Source of the DNA: Eledone cirrhosa
Lineage: Eukaryota
Assembly (NCBI GenBank): GCA_964016885.1
Contig: OZ024756.1
Span: 5,766,001-5,830,000 of the forward strand
Direction of reading: 5' to 3'
DNA length: 64,000 nucleotides
Positions 15,001-30,500 of this stretch are shown in pieces. The notes under the pieces were generated by a model. It had not been told where the DNA came from. It saw only the letters and a list, made by a program, of their open reading frames with translations, and did not search any database. Every line of letters starts with the position of its first letter. Position 1 is the first letter of the stretch. Made by a program: the position numbers and the translations under genes.

Positions 15001-16300
15001 TTGCTATATATAGAAAGACACAGTTACTATATATAGAAAGACAGTTATTATATATAGAAAGACAGTTGCTATATATTGACAGACAGTTACTTTATATAGA
15101 AAGACAGTTACTATATATAGCAAGACACAGTTGCTATATACAGAAAGAAACAGTTACTATATATAGACAGACACAGTTACTATATATAGAAAGACAGTTA
15201 CTATATATAGAAAGACAGTTACTATATATAGAAAGACAATTACTATATATAGACAGACACAGTTACTATATATAGACAGACACAGTTACTATATATAGAG
15301 AGATACAGTTACTATATATAGACAGATACAGTTACTATATATAGAAAGACAGTTACTATATATAGACAGATACAGTTACTATATATAGAAAGACACAGTT
15401 ACTATATATAGAAAGACAGTTACTATATATAGAAAGACAGTTACTATATATAGAAAGACAGTTACTATATATAGAAAGACACAGTTTCTATATATAGAAA
15501 GACAGTTACTATATATAGAAAGACAGTTACTATATATAGAAAGACACAGTAACTGTATATAGAAAGACAGTTACTATATATAGAAAGACACAGTTACTAT
15601 ATATAGAAAGACAGTTACTATATATAGAAAGACACAGTTACTATATATAGAAATACAGTTACTATATATAGAAAGACAGTTACTATATATAGAAAGACAG
15701 TTACTATATATAGAAAGACAGTTACTATATATAGAAAGACACAGTTACTATATATAGAAAGACAGTTACTATATATAGAAAGACAGTTACTATATATAGA
15801 AAGACAGTTACTATATATAGACAGGCACAGTTACTATATATGGAAAGACAGTTACTATATATAGAAAGACAGTTACTATATATCGAAAAACACAGTTACT
15901 ATATATAGAAAGACAGATACTATATATAGAAAGACAGTTACTGCATATAGAAAGACACAGTTACTATATATAGAAAGACAGTTACTATATATAGAAAGAC
16001 AGTTACTATATATAGAAAGACACAGTTACTATATATAGAAAGAGAGTTACTATATATAGAAAGACAGTTAATATATATAGACAGACACAGTTACTATATA
16101 TGGAAAGACAGTTACTATATATAGAAAGACCGTTACTATATATAGAAAGACAGTTACTATATATAGAAAGACAGTTACTATATATAGAAAGACAGTTACT
16201 ATATATAGAAAGACACAGTTACTATATATAGAAAGACAGTTACTATATATAGAAATACAGTTGCTATATATAGAAAGACAGTTACTATATATAGAAAGAC
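1..16300. repeat. Higher-order domain 1: ~3076-bp unit with deleted derivatives (2451 and 2055 bp)
   Basis: The homologous GACACTT marker is at 8, 3084, 5535, 11714 and 13769 (offsets 3076, 2451 and 2055). Identical ORF translations recur at offsets 2451 (1370/3821, 2372/4823), 5527 (878/6405), 8630 (878/9508) and 2055 (11002/13057). Boundaries are approximate. Confidence 0.9.
8100..9170. repeat. Variant block within domain 1, repeated at about 16315-17370 (offset 8213)
   Basis: The markers GAAATAGTGTT (8848/17061), GACAAAG, GGCAGAGAC, GACGGTT and TATATAAAGAC occur in the same order in both copies. Confidence 0.85.
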
Positions 16301-17579
16301 AGTTACTATATATAGAAAGACACAGTTGCTATATATAGAAAGACACAGTTGCTATATATAGAAAGACAGTTAATATATATAGACAGACAGTTACTATATA
16401 TAGAAAGACAGTTACTATATATAGAAAGACAGTTGCTATATATAGAAAGACACAGTTACTATATATAGAAAGACAGTTACTATATATAGAAAGACAGTTG
16501 CTATATATTGACAGACAGTTACTATATATAGAAAGACAGTTACTATATATAGCAAGACACAGTTGCTATATATAGACATACACAGTTACTATATATAGAA
16601 AGACAGTTACTATATATAGAAAGACAGTTACTATATATAGAAAGACAATTACTATATATAGACAGACACAGTTACTATATATAGACAGACACAGTTACTA
16701 TATATAGAGAGATACAGTTACTATATATAGACATATACAGTTACTATATTTAGAAAGACAGTTACTATATATAGACAGATACAGTTACTATATATAGAAA
16801 GACACAGTTACTATATATAGAAAGACAGTTACTATATATAGAAAGACAGTTACTATATATAGAAAGACAGTTACTATATATAGAAAGGCACAGTTTCTAT
16901 ATATAGAAAGACAGTTACTATATATAGAAAGACAGTTACTATATATAGAAAGACACAGTTACTGTATATAGAAAGACAGTTACTATATATAGGCAGAGAC
17001 AGTTACTATATATAGACAGATACAGTTACTATATATAGACAGATACAGTTACTATATATAGAAATAGTGTTACTATATATAGAAATACAGTTACTATATA
17101 TAGAAAGACAAAGTTACTATTTATAGAAAGACAGTTACTATATATAGAAAGACACAGTTACTATATATAGAAAGACAGTTACTATATATAGAAATAGAGT
17201 TACTATATATAGAAAGACAATTACTATATACAGAAAGACACAGTTACTATATATAGAAAGACACAGTTACTATATATAGAAAGACAGTTACTATACATAG
17301 AAAGACGGTTACTATATATAGAAATACAGTTACTATATATAGAAAGACAGTTGCTATATATATAAAGACACAGTTACTATATACAGAAAGACAGTTGCTA
17401 TATATAGACAGACAATTACTATATATAGAAAGACAGTTACTATATATAGAAAGACACAGTTGCTATATATAGAAAGACACAGTTGCTATATATAGAAAGA
17501 CAGTTAATATATATAGACAGACAGTTACTATATATAGAAATACAGTTACTATATATAGAAAGACAGTTGCTATATATAG

Positions 17580-20230
17580 AAAGACACAGTTACTATATAT
17601 AGAAAGACAGTTACTATATATACAAAGACAGTTGCTATATATAGACTGACAGTTACTATATATAGAAAGACAGTTACTATATATAGCAAGACACAGTTGC
17701 TATATATAGAAAGACACAGTTACTATATATAGACAGACACAGTTACTATATATAGAAAGACAGTTAATATATATAGAAAGACAGTTACTATATATAGAAA
17801 GACAATTACTATATATAGACAGACACAGTTACTATATATAGACAGACACAGTTACTATATATAGACAGATACAGTTACTATATATAGACAGATACAGTTA
17901 CTATATATAGAAAGACAGTTACTATATATAGAAATACAGTTACTATATATAGAAAGACAGTTACTATATATAGAAATACAGTTACTATATATAGAAGGAC
18001 ACAGTTTCTATATATAGAAAGACAGTTACTATATATAGAAAGACAGTTACTATATATAGAAAGACACAGTTACTATATATAGAAAGACAGTTACTATATA
18101 TAGAAAGACAGTTACTATATATAGAAAGACAGTTACTATATATAGACAGATACAGTTACTATATATAGAAAGACAGTTACTATATATAGACATATACAGT
18201 TACTATATATAGACAGATACAGTTACTATATATAGAAAGACAGTTACTATATATAGAAAGACAGTTACTATATATAGAAAGACAGTTACTCTATATAGCA
18301 AGACAGTTACTATATATAGAAAGACAGTTACTATATATAGAAAGACAGTTATTATATATAGACAGACACAATTACTATATATAGACAGATACAGTTACTA
18401 TATATAGAAAGACAGTTACTATATATAGAAAGACACTTACTATATATAGAAAGACAGTTACTATATATAGAAACACAGTTACTATATATAGAAAGACAGT
18501 TACTATATATAGACAGACACAGTTACTATATATAGACAGATACTGTTACTATATATAGAAAGACAGTTACTATATATAGAAAGACAGTTACTATATATAG
18601 AAAGACAGTTACTATATATAGAAAGACAGTTGATATATATAGACATATACAGTTACTATATATAGACAGATACAGTTACTATATATAGAAAGACAGTTAC
18701 TATATATAGAAAGACAGTTACTATATATAGAAAGACAGTTACTATATATAGAAAGACAGTTACTATATATAGAAAGACAGTTATTATATATAGACAGACA
18801 CAATTACTATATATAGACAGATACAGTTACTATATATAGAAAGACAGTTACTATATATAGAAAGACACTTACTATATATAGAAAGACAGTTACTATATAT
18901 AGAAAGACACAGTTACTATATATAGAAAGACAGTTACTATATATACAAAGACAGTTGCTATATATAGACAGACAGTTACTATATATAGAAAGACAGTTAC
19001 TATATATAGCAAGACACAGTTGCTATATATAGAAAGACACAGTTACTATATATAGACAGACACAGTTACTATATATAGAAAGACAGTTAATATATATAGA
19101 AAGACAGTTACTATATATAGAAAGACAATTACTATATATAGACAGACACAGTTACTATATATAGACAGACACTGTTACTATATATAGACAGATACAGTTA
19201 CTATATATAGACAGATACAGTTACTATATATAGAAAGACAGTTACTATATATAGAAATACAGTTGCTATATATAGAAAGACAGTTACTATATATAGAAAG
19301 ACAGTTACTATATATAGAAAGACACAGTTTCTATATATAGAAAGACAGTTACTATATATAGAAAGACAGTTACTATATATAGAAAGACACAGTTACTATA
19401 TATAGAAAGACAGTTACTATATATAGAAAGACAGTTACTATATATAGAAAGACAGTTACTATATATAGACAGATACAGTTACTATATATAGAAAGACAGT
19501 TACTATATATAGACATATACAGTTACTATATATAGGCAGATACATTTACTATATATAGAAAGACAGTTACTATATATAGAAAGACAGTTACTATATATAG
19601 AAAGACAGTTACTCTATATAGCAAGACAGTTACTATATATAGAAAGACAGTTACTATATATAGAAAGACAGTTATTATATATAGACAGACACAATTACTA
19701 TATATAGACAGATACAGTTACTATATATAGAAAGATAGTTACTATATATAGAAAGACACTTACTATATATAGAAAGACAGTTACTATATATAGAAACACA
19801 GTTACTATATATAGAAAGACAGTTACTATATATAGACAGACACAGTTACTATATATAGACAGATACTGTTACTATATATAGAAAGACAGTTACTATATAT
19901 AGAAAGACAGTTACTATATATAGAAATACAGTTACTATATTTTGAAAGACAGTTACTATATATAGACATATACAGTTACTATATATAGACAGATCCAGTT
20001 ACTATATATAGAAAGACAGTTACTATATATAGAAAGACAGTTACTATATATAGAAAGACAGTTACTATATATAGAAAGACAGTTACTATATATAGAAAGA
20101 CAGTTACTATATATAGAAAGACAGTTACTATATATAGAAAGACAGTTACTATATATAGAAAGACAGTTATTATATATAGACAGACACTATTACTATATAT
20201 AGACAGATAGAGTTACTATATATAGAAAGA
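17580..20230. repeat. Diverged tandem duplication, period ~1323 bp
   Basis: TACAAAGACAGTTGC has its C at 17623 and 18946, followed by the same marker order (GCAA, TTTC, CTCT-GCAA, GACACTT, GATACTGTT). Several private substitutions separate the copies. Confidence 0.75.
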
Positions 20231-23200
20231 CAGTTACTATATATAGAAAGACAGTTACTATATATAGACAGACACAGTTACTATATATAGACAGATACAG
20301 TTACTATATATAGAAAGACAGTTACTATATATAGAAAGACAGTTACTATATATAGAAAGACACAGTTACTATATATAGAAAGACAGTTACTATATATAGA
20401 AAGACAGTTACTATATATAGAAAGACAGTTACTATATATAGACAGACACAGTTACTATATATGGAAAGACAGATACTATATATAGAAAGACAGTTACTAT
20501 ATATAGAAAGACAGTTACTATATATAGAAAGACACAGTTACTATATATAGAAAGACAGTTACTATATATAGAATGACAGTTACTGCATATAGAAAGACAC
20601 AGTTACTATATATAGAAAGACAGTTACTGCATATAGAAAGACACAGTTACTATATATAGAAAGACAGTTACTATATATAGAAAGACAGTTACTATATATA
20701 GAAAGACACAGTTACTATATATAGAAATACAGTTACTATATATAGAAAGACAGTTACTATATATAGAAAGACAGTTACTATATATAGAAAGACAGTTACT
20801 ATATATAGAAATACACAGTTACTATATATAGAAAGACAGTTACTATATATAGAAAGACAGTTAATATATATAGAAAGACAGTTACTATATATAGACAGAC
20901 ACAGTTACTATATATGGAAAGACAGTTACTATATATTGAAAGACAGTTACTATATATTGAAAGACAGTTACTAAATATCGAAAAACACAGTTACTATATA
21001 TAGAAAGACAGTTACTATATATAGACATATACAGTTACTATATATAGACAGATAGAGTTACTATATATAGAAAGACAGTTACTATATATAGAAAGACAGT
21101 TACTATATATAGAAAGACAGTTACTATATATAGAAAGACAGTTACTATATATAGAAAGACAGTTACTATATATAGCAAGACACACTTGCTATATACAGAA
21201 AGAAACAGTTACTATATATAGACAGACACAGTTACTATATATAGAAAGACAGTTACTATATATAGAAATACAGTTACTATATATAGAAAGACAATTACTA
21301 TATATAGACAGACACAGTTACTATATATAGACAGACACAGTTACTATATATAGAGAGATACAGTTACTATATATAGACAGATACAGTTACTATATATAGA
21401 AAGACAGTTACTATATATAGACAGATACAGTTACTGTATATAGAAAGACACAGTTACTATATTTAGAAAGACAGTTACTATATATAGAAAGACAGTTACT
21501 ATATATAGAAAGACAGTTACTATATATAGAAAGACACAGTTTCTATATATAGAAAGACAGTTACTATATATAGAAAGACAGTTACTATATATAGAAAGAC
21601 ACAGTTACTGTATATAGAAAGACAGTTACTATATACAGAAAGACAGTTACTCTATATAGAATGACACAGTTACTATATATAGAAAGACAGTTACTATATA
21701 TAGAAAGGCAGTTACTATATATAGAAAGACAGTTACTATGTATAGAAAGACAGTTACTATATATAGAAAGACAGTTACTCTATATAGAAAGACACATTTA
21801 CTATATATAGACAGACACAGTTACTATATATAGAAAGACAGTTACTATATATAGACAGACACAGTTACTATATATAGACAGATACAGTTACTATATATAG
21901 ACAGATACAGTTACTATATATAGAAATAGTGTTACTATATATAGAAATACAGTTACTATATATAGAAAGACACAGTTACTATTTATAGAAAGACAGTTAC
22001 TATATATAGAAAGACACAGTTACTACATATAGAAAGACAGTTACTATATATAGAAATAGAGTTACTATATATAGAAAGACAATTACTATATACAGAAAGA
22101 CACAGTTACTATATATAGAAAGACACAGTTACTATATATAGAAAGACAGTTACTATACATAGAAAGACGGTTACTATATATAGAAATACAGTTACTATAT
22201 ATAGAAAGACAGTTGCTATATATATAAAGACAATTACTATATATAGAAAGACAGTAACTATATATAGAAAGACACAGTTGCTATATATAGAAAGACACAG
22301 TTGCTATATATAGAAAGACAGTTAATATATATAGACAGACAGTTACTATATATAGAAATACAGTTACTATATATAGAAAGACAGTTGCTATATATAGAAA
22401 GACACAGTTACTATATATAGAAAGACAGTTACTATATATACAAAGACAGTTGCTATATATAGACAGACAGTTACTATATATAGAAAGACAGTTACTATAT
22501 ATAGCAAGACACAGTTGCTATATATAGAAAGACACAGTTACTATATATAGACAGACACAGTTACTATATATAGAAAGACAGTTAATATATATAGAAAGAC
22601 AGTTACTATATATAGAAAGACAATTACTATATATAGACAGACACAGTTACTATATATAGACAGACACAGTTACTATATATAGACATATACAGTTACTATA
22701 TATAGACAGATACAGTTACTATATATAGAAAGACAGTTACTATATATAGAAATACAGTTATTATATATAGAAAGACAGTTACTATATATAGAAAGACAGT
22801 TACTATATATAGAAAGACACAGTTTCTATATATAGAAAGACAGTTACTATATATAGAAAGACAGTTACTATATATAGAAAGACACAGTTACTATATATAG
22901 AAAGACAGTTACTATATATAGAAAGACAGTTACTATATATAGAAAGACAGTTACTATATATAGACAGATACAGTTACTATATATAGAAAGACAGTTACTA
23001 TATATAGACATATACAGTTACTATATATAGACAGATACAGTTACTATATATAGAAAGCCAGTTACTATATATAGTAAGACAGTTACTATATATAGAAAGA
23101 CAGTTACTCTATATAGCAAGACAGTTACTATATATAGAAAGACAGTTACTATATATAGAAAGACAGTTATTATATATAGACAGACACAATTACTATATAT

Positions 23201-24569
23201 AGAGAGATACAGTTACTATATATAGAAATACAGTTACTATATATAGAAAGACACTTACTATATATAGAAAGACAGTTACTATATATAGAAACACAGTTAC
23301 TATATATAGAAAGACAGTTACTATATATAGACAGACACAGTTACTATATATAGACAGATACTGTTACTATATATAGAAAGACAGTTACTATATATAGAAA
23401 GACAGTTACTATATATAGAAAGACAGTTACTATATATAGAAAGACAGTTACTATATATAGAAAGACAGTTACTATATATAGACATATACAGTTACTATAT
23501 ATAGACAGATACAGTTACTATATATAGAAAGACAGTTACTATATATAGAAAGACAGTTACTATATATAGAAAGACAGTTACTATATATAGAAAGACAGTT
23601 ACTATATATAGAAAGACAGTTATTATATATAGACAGACACAATTACTATATATAGACAGATACAGTTACTATATATAGAAAGACAGTTACTATATATAGA
23701 AAGACACTTACTATATATAGAAAGACAGTTACTATATATAGAAACACAGTTACTATATATAGAAAGACAGTTACTATATATAGACAGACACAGTTACTAT
23801 ATATAGACAGATACAGTTACTATATATAGAAAGACAGTTACTATATATAGAAAGACAGTTACTATATATAGAAAGACACAGTTACTATATATAGAAAGAC
23901 AGTTACTATATATAGAAAGACAGTTACTATATATAGAAAGACAGTTACTATATATAGAAAGACAATTACTATATATAGACAGACACAGTTACTATATATA
24001 GACAGACACAGTTACTATATATAGAGAGATACAGTTACTATATATAGACAGATACAGTTACTATATATAGAAAGACAGTTACTATATATAGACAGATACA
24101 GTTACTATATATAGAAAGACACAGTTACTATATATAGAAAGACAGTTACTATATATAGAAAGACAGTTACTATATATAGAAAGACACAGTTACTATATAT
24201 AGAAATACAGTTACTATATATAGAAAGACAGTTACTATATATAGAAAGACAGTTACTATATATAGAAAGACAGTTACTATATATAGAAAGACACAGTTAC
24301 TATATATAGAAAGACAGTTACTATATATAGAAAGACAGTTACTATATATAGAAAGACAGTTACTATATATAGACAGACACAGTTACTATATATGGAAAGA
24401 CAGTTACTATATATAGAAAGACAGTTACTATATATCGAAAAACACAGTTACTATATATAGAAAGACAGTTACTATATATAGAAAGACAGTTACTATATAT
24501 AGAAAGACAGTTACTATATATAGACATATACAGTTACTATATATGGAAAGACAGTTACTATATATAGAA

Positions 24570-27500
24570 AGACAGTTACTATATATCGAAAAACACAGTT
24601 ACTATATATAGACAGATACAGTTACTATATATAGACAGACAGTTACTATATATAGAAAGAGAGTTACTATATATAGAAAGACACAGTTACTATATATAGA
24701 AAGACAGTTACTATATATAGAAAGACACAGTTACTATATATAGAAAGACAGTTACTATATATAGAAAGACAGTTACTATATATAGAAAGACAGTTACTAT
24801 ATATAGACAGACACAGTTACTATATATGGAAAGACAGTTACTATATATAGAAAGACAGTTACTACTTATAGAAAGACAGTTACTATATATAGAAAGACAC
24901 AGTTACTATATATAGAAAGACAGTTACTATATATAGAAAGACAGTTACTGCATATAGAAAGACACAGTTACTATATATAGAAAGACAGTTACTATATATA
25001 GAAAGACAGTTACTATATATAGAAAGACACAGTTACTATATATAGAAATACAGTTACTATATATAGAAAGACAGTTACTATATATAGAAAGACAGTTACT
25101 ATATATAGAAAGACAGTTACTATATATAGAAAGACACAGTTACTATATATAGAAAGACAGTTACTATATATAGAAAGACAGTTACTATATATAGAAAGAC
25201 AGTTACTATATATAGACAGACACAGTTACTATATATGGAAAGACAGTTACTATATATAGAAAGACAGTTACTACATATCGAAAAACACAGTTACTATATA
25301 TAGAAAGACAGTTACTATATATAGAAAGACAGTTACTATATATAGACAGACACAGTTACTATATATGGAAAGACAGTTACTATATATAGAAAGACAGTTA
25401 CTACATATCGAAAAACACAGTTACTATATATAGAAAGACAGTTACTATATATAGAAAGACAGTTACTATATATAGAAAGACACAGTTACTATATATAGAA
25501 AGACAGTTACTATATATAGAAAGACAGTTGCTATATATAGAAAGACAGTTACTATATATAGAAAGACAGTTACTATATATAGAAAGACAGTTACTATATA
25601 TAGAAAGACACAGTTACTATATATAGAAAGACAGTTACTATATATAGAAAGACAGTTAATATATATAGACAGACACAGTTACTATATATGGAAAGACAGT
25701 TACTATATATAGAAAGACAGTTGCTATATATAGAAAGACACAGTTACTATATATAGAAAGACAGTTACTATATATAGAAAGACAGTTGCTATATATTGAC
25801 AGACAGTTACTATATATAGAAAGACACAGTTACTATATATAGAAAGACAGTTACTATATATAGAAAGACAGTTAATATATATAGACAGACACAGTTACTA
25901 TATATGGAAAGACAGTTACTATATATAGAAAGACCGTTACTATATATAGAAAGACAGTTACTATATATAGAAAGACAGTTACTATATATAGAAAGACAGT
26001 TACTATATATAGAAAGACACAGTTACTATATATAGAAAGACAGTTACTATATATAGAAAGACAGTTGCTATATATAGAAAGACAGTTACTATATATAGAA
26101 AAACAGTTACTATATATAGCAAGACACAGTTGCTATATATAGAAAGACACAGTTGCTATATATAGAAAGACAGTTAATATATATAGACAGACAGTTACTA
26201 TATATAGAAAGACAGTTACTATATATAGAAAGACAGTTGCTATATATAGAAAGGCACAGTTACTATATATAGAAAGACAGTTACTATATATAGAAAGACA
26301 GTTACTATATATTGACAGACAGTTACTATATATAGAAAGACAGTTACTATATATAGCAAGACACAGTTGCTATATACAGAAAGAAACAGTTACTATATAT
26401 AGACAGACACAGTTACTATATATAGAAAGACAGTTACTATATATAGAAAGACAGTTACTATATATAGAAAGACAATTACTATATATAGACAGACACAGTT
26501 ACTATATATAGACAGACACAGTTACTATATATAGAGAGATACAGTTACTATATATAGACAGATACAGTTACTATATATAGAAAGACAGTTACTATATATA
26601 GACAGATACAGTTACTATATATAGAAAGACACAGTTACTATATATAGAAAGACAGTTACTATATATAGAAAGACAGTTACTATATATAGAAAGACACAGT
26701 TACTATATATAGAAATACAGTTACTATATATAGAAAGACAGTTACTATATATAGAAAGACAGTTACTATATATAGAAAGACAGTTACTATATATAGAAAG
26801 ACACAGTTACTATATATAGAAAGACAGTTACTATATATAGAAAGACAGTTACTATATATAAAAAGACAGTTACTATATATAGACAGACACAGTTACTATA
26901 TATGGAAAGACAGTTACTATATATAGAAAGACAGTTACTATATATCGAAAAACACAGTTACTATATATAGAAAGACAGTTACTATATATAGAAAGACAGT
27001 TACTATATATAGAAAGACATTTACTATATATAGACATATACAGTTTCTATATATGGAAAGACAGTTACTATATATAGAAAGACAGTTACTATATATCGAA
27101 AAACACAGTTACTATATATAGACAGATACAGTTACTATATATAGACAGACAGTTACTATATATAGAAAGAGAGTTACTATATATAGAAAGACACAGTTAC
27201 TATATATAGAAAGACAGTTACTATATATAGAAAGACACAGTTACTATATATAGAAAGACAGTTACTATATATAGAAAGACAGTTACTATATATAGAAAGA
27301 CAGTTACTATATATAGACAGACACAGTTACTATATATGGAAAGACAGTTACTATATATAGAAAGACAGTTACTATATATAGAAAGACAGTTACTATATAT
27401 AGAAAGACACAGTTACTATATATAGAAAGACAGTTACTATATATAGAAAGACAGTTACTGCATATAGAAAGACACAGTTACTATATATAGAAAGACAGTT

Positions 27501-30500
27501 ACTATATATAGAAAGACAGTTACTATATATAGAAAGACACAGTTACTATATATAGAAATACAGTTACTATATATAGAAAGACAGTTACTATATATAGAAA
27601 GACAGTTACTATATATAGAAAGACAGTTACTATATATAGAAAGACACAGTTACTATATATAGAAAGACAGTTACTATATATAGAAAGACAGTTACTATAT
27701 ATAGAAAGACAGTTGCTATATATTGACAGACAGTTACTATATATAGAAAGACAGTTACTATATATAGCAAGACACAGTTGCTATATACAGAAAGAAACAG
27801 TTACTATATATAGACAGACACAGTTACTATATATAGAAAGACAGTTACTATATATAGAAAGACAGTTACTATATATAGAAATACAATTACTATATATAGA
27901 CAGACACAGTTACTATATATAGACAGACACAGTTACTATATATAGAGAGATACAGTTACTATATATAGACAGATACAGTTACTATATATAGAAAGACAGT
28001 TACTATATATAGACAGATACAGTTACTATATATAGAAAGACACACTTACTATATATAGAAAGACAGTTACTATATATAGAAAGACAGTTACTATATATAG
28101 AAAGACAGTTACTATATATAGAAAGACACAGTTTCTATATATAGAAAGACAGTTACTATATATAGAAAGACAGTTACTATATATAGAAAGACACAGTTAC
28201 TGTATATAGAAAGACAGTTACTATATATAGAAAGACAGTTACTCTATATAGAAAGACACAGTTACTATATATAGAAAGACAGTTACTATATATAGAAAGG
28301 TAGTTACTATATATAGAAAGACAGTTACTATGTATAGAAAGACAGTTACTATATATAGAAAGACAGTTACTATATATAGAAAGACACATTTACTATATAT
28401 AGACAGACACAGTTACTATATATAGAAAGACAGTTACTATATATAGACAGACACAGTTACTATATATAGACAGATACAGTTACTATATATAGACAGATAC
28501 AGTTACTATATATAGAAATAGTGTTACTATATATAGAAATACAGTTACTATATATAGAAAGACACAGTTACTATTTATAGAAAGACAGTTACTATATATA
28601 GAAAGACACAGTTACTATATATAGAAATACAGTTACTATATATAGAAATAGAGTTACTATATATAGAAAGACAATTACTATATACAGAAAGACACACACA
28701 GTTACTATATATAGAAAGACACAGTTACTATATATAGAAAGACAGTTACTATACATAAAAAGACGGTTACTATATATAGAAATACAGTTACTATATATAG
28801 AAAGACAGTTGCTATATATATAAAGACACAGTTACTATATATAGAAAGACAGTTGCTATATATAGACAGACAATTACTATATATAGAAAGACAGTTACTA
28901 TATATCGAAAAACACAGTTACTATATATAGACAGATACAGTTACTATATATAGACAGACAGTTACTATATATAGAAAGAGAGTTACTATATATAGAAAGA
29001 CACAGTTACTATATATAGAAAGACAGTTACTATATATAGAAAGACACAGTTACTATATATAGAAAGACAGTTACTATATATAGAAAGACAGTTACTATAT
29101 ATAGAAAGACAGTTACTATATATAGACAGACACAGTTACTATATATGGAAAGACAGTTACTATATATAGAAAGACAGTTACTACTTATAGAAAGACAGTT
29201 ACTATATATAGAAAGACACAGTTACTATATATAGAAAGACAGTTACTATATATAGAAAGACAGTTACTGCATATAGAAAGACACAGTTACTATATATAGA
29301 AAGACAGTTACTATATATAGAAAGACAGTTACTATATATAGAAAGACACAGTTACTATATATAGAAATACAGTTACTATATATAGAAAGACAGTTACTAT
29401 ATATAGAAAGACAGTTACTATATATAGAAAGACAGTTACTATATATAGAAAGACACAGTTACTATATATAGAAAGACAGTTACTATATATAGAAAGACAG
29501 TTACTATATATAGAAAGACAGTTACTATATATAGACAGACACAGTTACTATATATGGAAAGACAGTTACTATATATAGAAAGACAGTTACTACATATCGA
29601 AAAACACAGTTACTATATATAGAAAGACAGTTACTATATATAGAAAGACAGTTACTATATATAGAAAGACACAGTTACTATATATAGAAAGACAGTTACT
29701 ATATATAGAAAGACAGTTGCTATATATAGAAAGACAGTTACTATATATAGAAAGACAGTTACTATATATAGAAAGACAGTTACTATATATAGAAAGACAC
29801 AGTTACTATATATAGAAAGACAGTTACTATATATAGAAAGACAGTTAATATATATAGACAGACACAGTTACTATATATGGAAAGACAGTTACTATATATA
29901 GAAAGACAGTTGCTATATATAGAAAGACACAGTTACTATATATAGAAAGACAGTTACTATATATAGAAAGACAGTTGCTATATATTGACAGACAGTTACT
30001 ATATATAGAAAGACACAGTTACTATATATAGAAAGACAGTTACTATATATAGAAAGACAGTTAATATATATAGACAGACACAGTTACTATATATGGAAAG
30101 ACAGTTACTATATATAGAAAGACCGTTACTATATATAGAAAGACAGTTACTATATATAGAAAGACAGTTACTATATATAGAAAGACAGTTACTATATATA
30201 GAAAGACACAGTTACTATATATAGAAAGACAGTTACTATATATAGAAAGACAGTTGCTATATATAGAAAGACAGTTACTATATATAGAAAAACAGTTACT
30301 ATATATAGCAAGACACAGTTGCTATATATAGAAAGACACAGTTGCTATATATAGAAAGACAGTTAATATATATAGACAGACAGTTACTATATATAGAAAG
30401 ACAGTTACTATATATAGAAAGACAGTTGCTATATATAGAAAGGCACAGTTACTATATATAGAAAGACAGTTACTATATATAGAAAGACAGTTGCTATATA

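Noticed and set aside
26850-26870. TATA-box-like TATAAAA variants (also about 31045, 34993, 41725, 47041) as promoters
   Set aside because: They are single G-to-A changes in an AT-rich monomer, with no gene or other promoter context.
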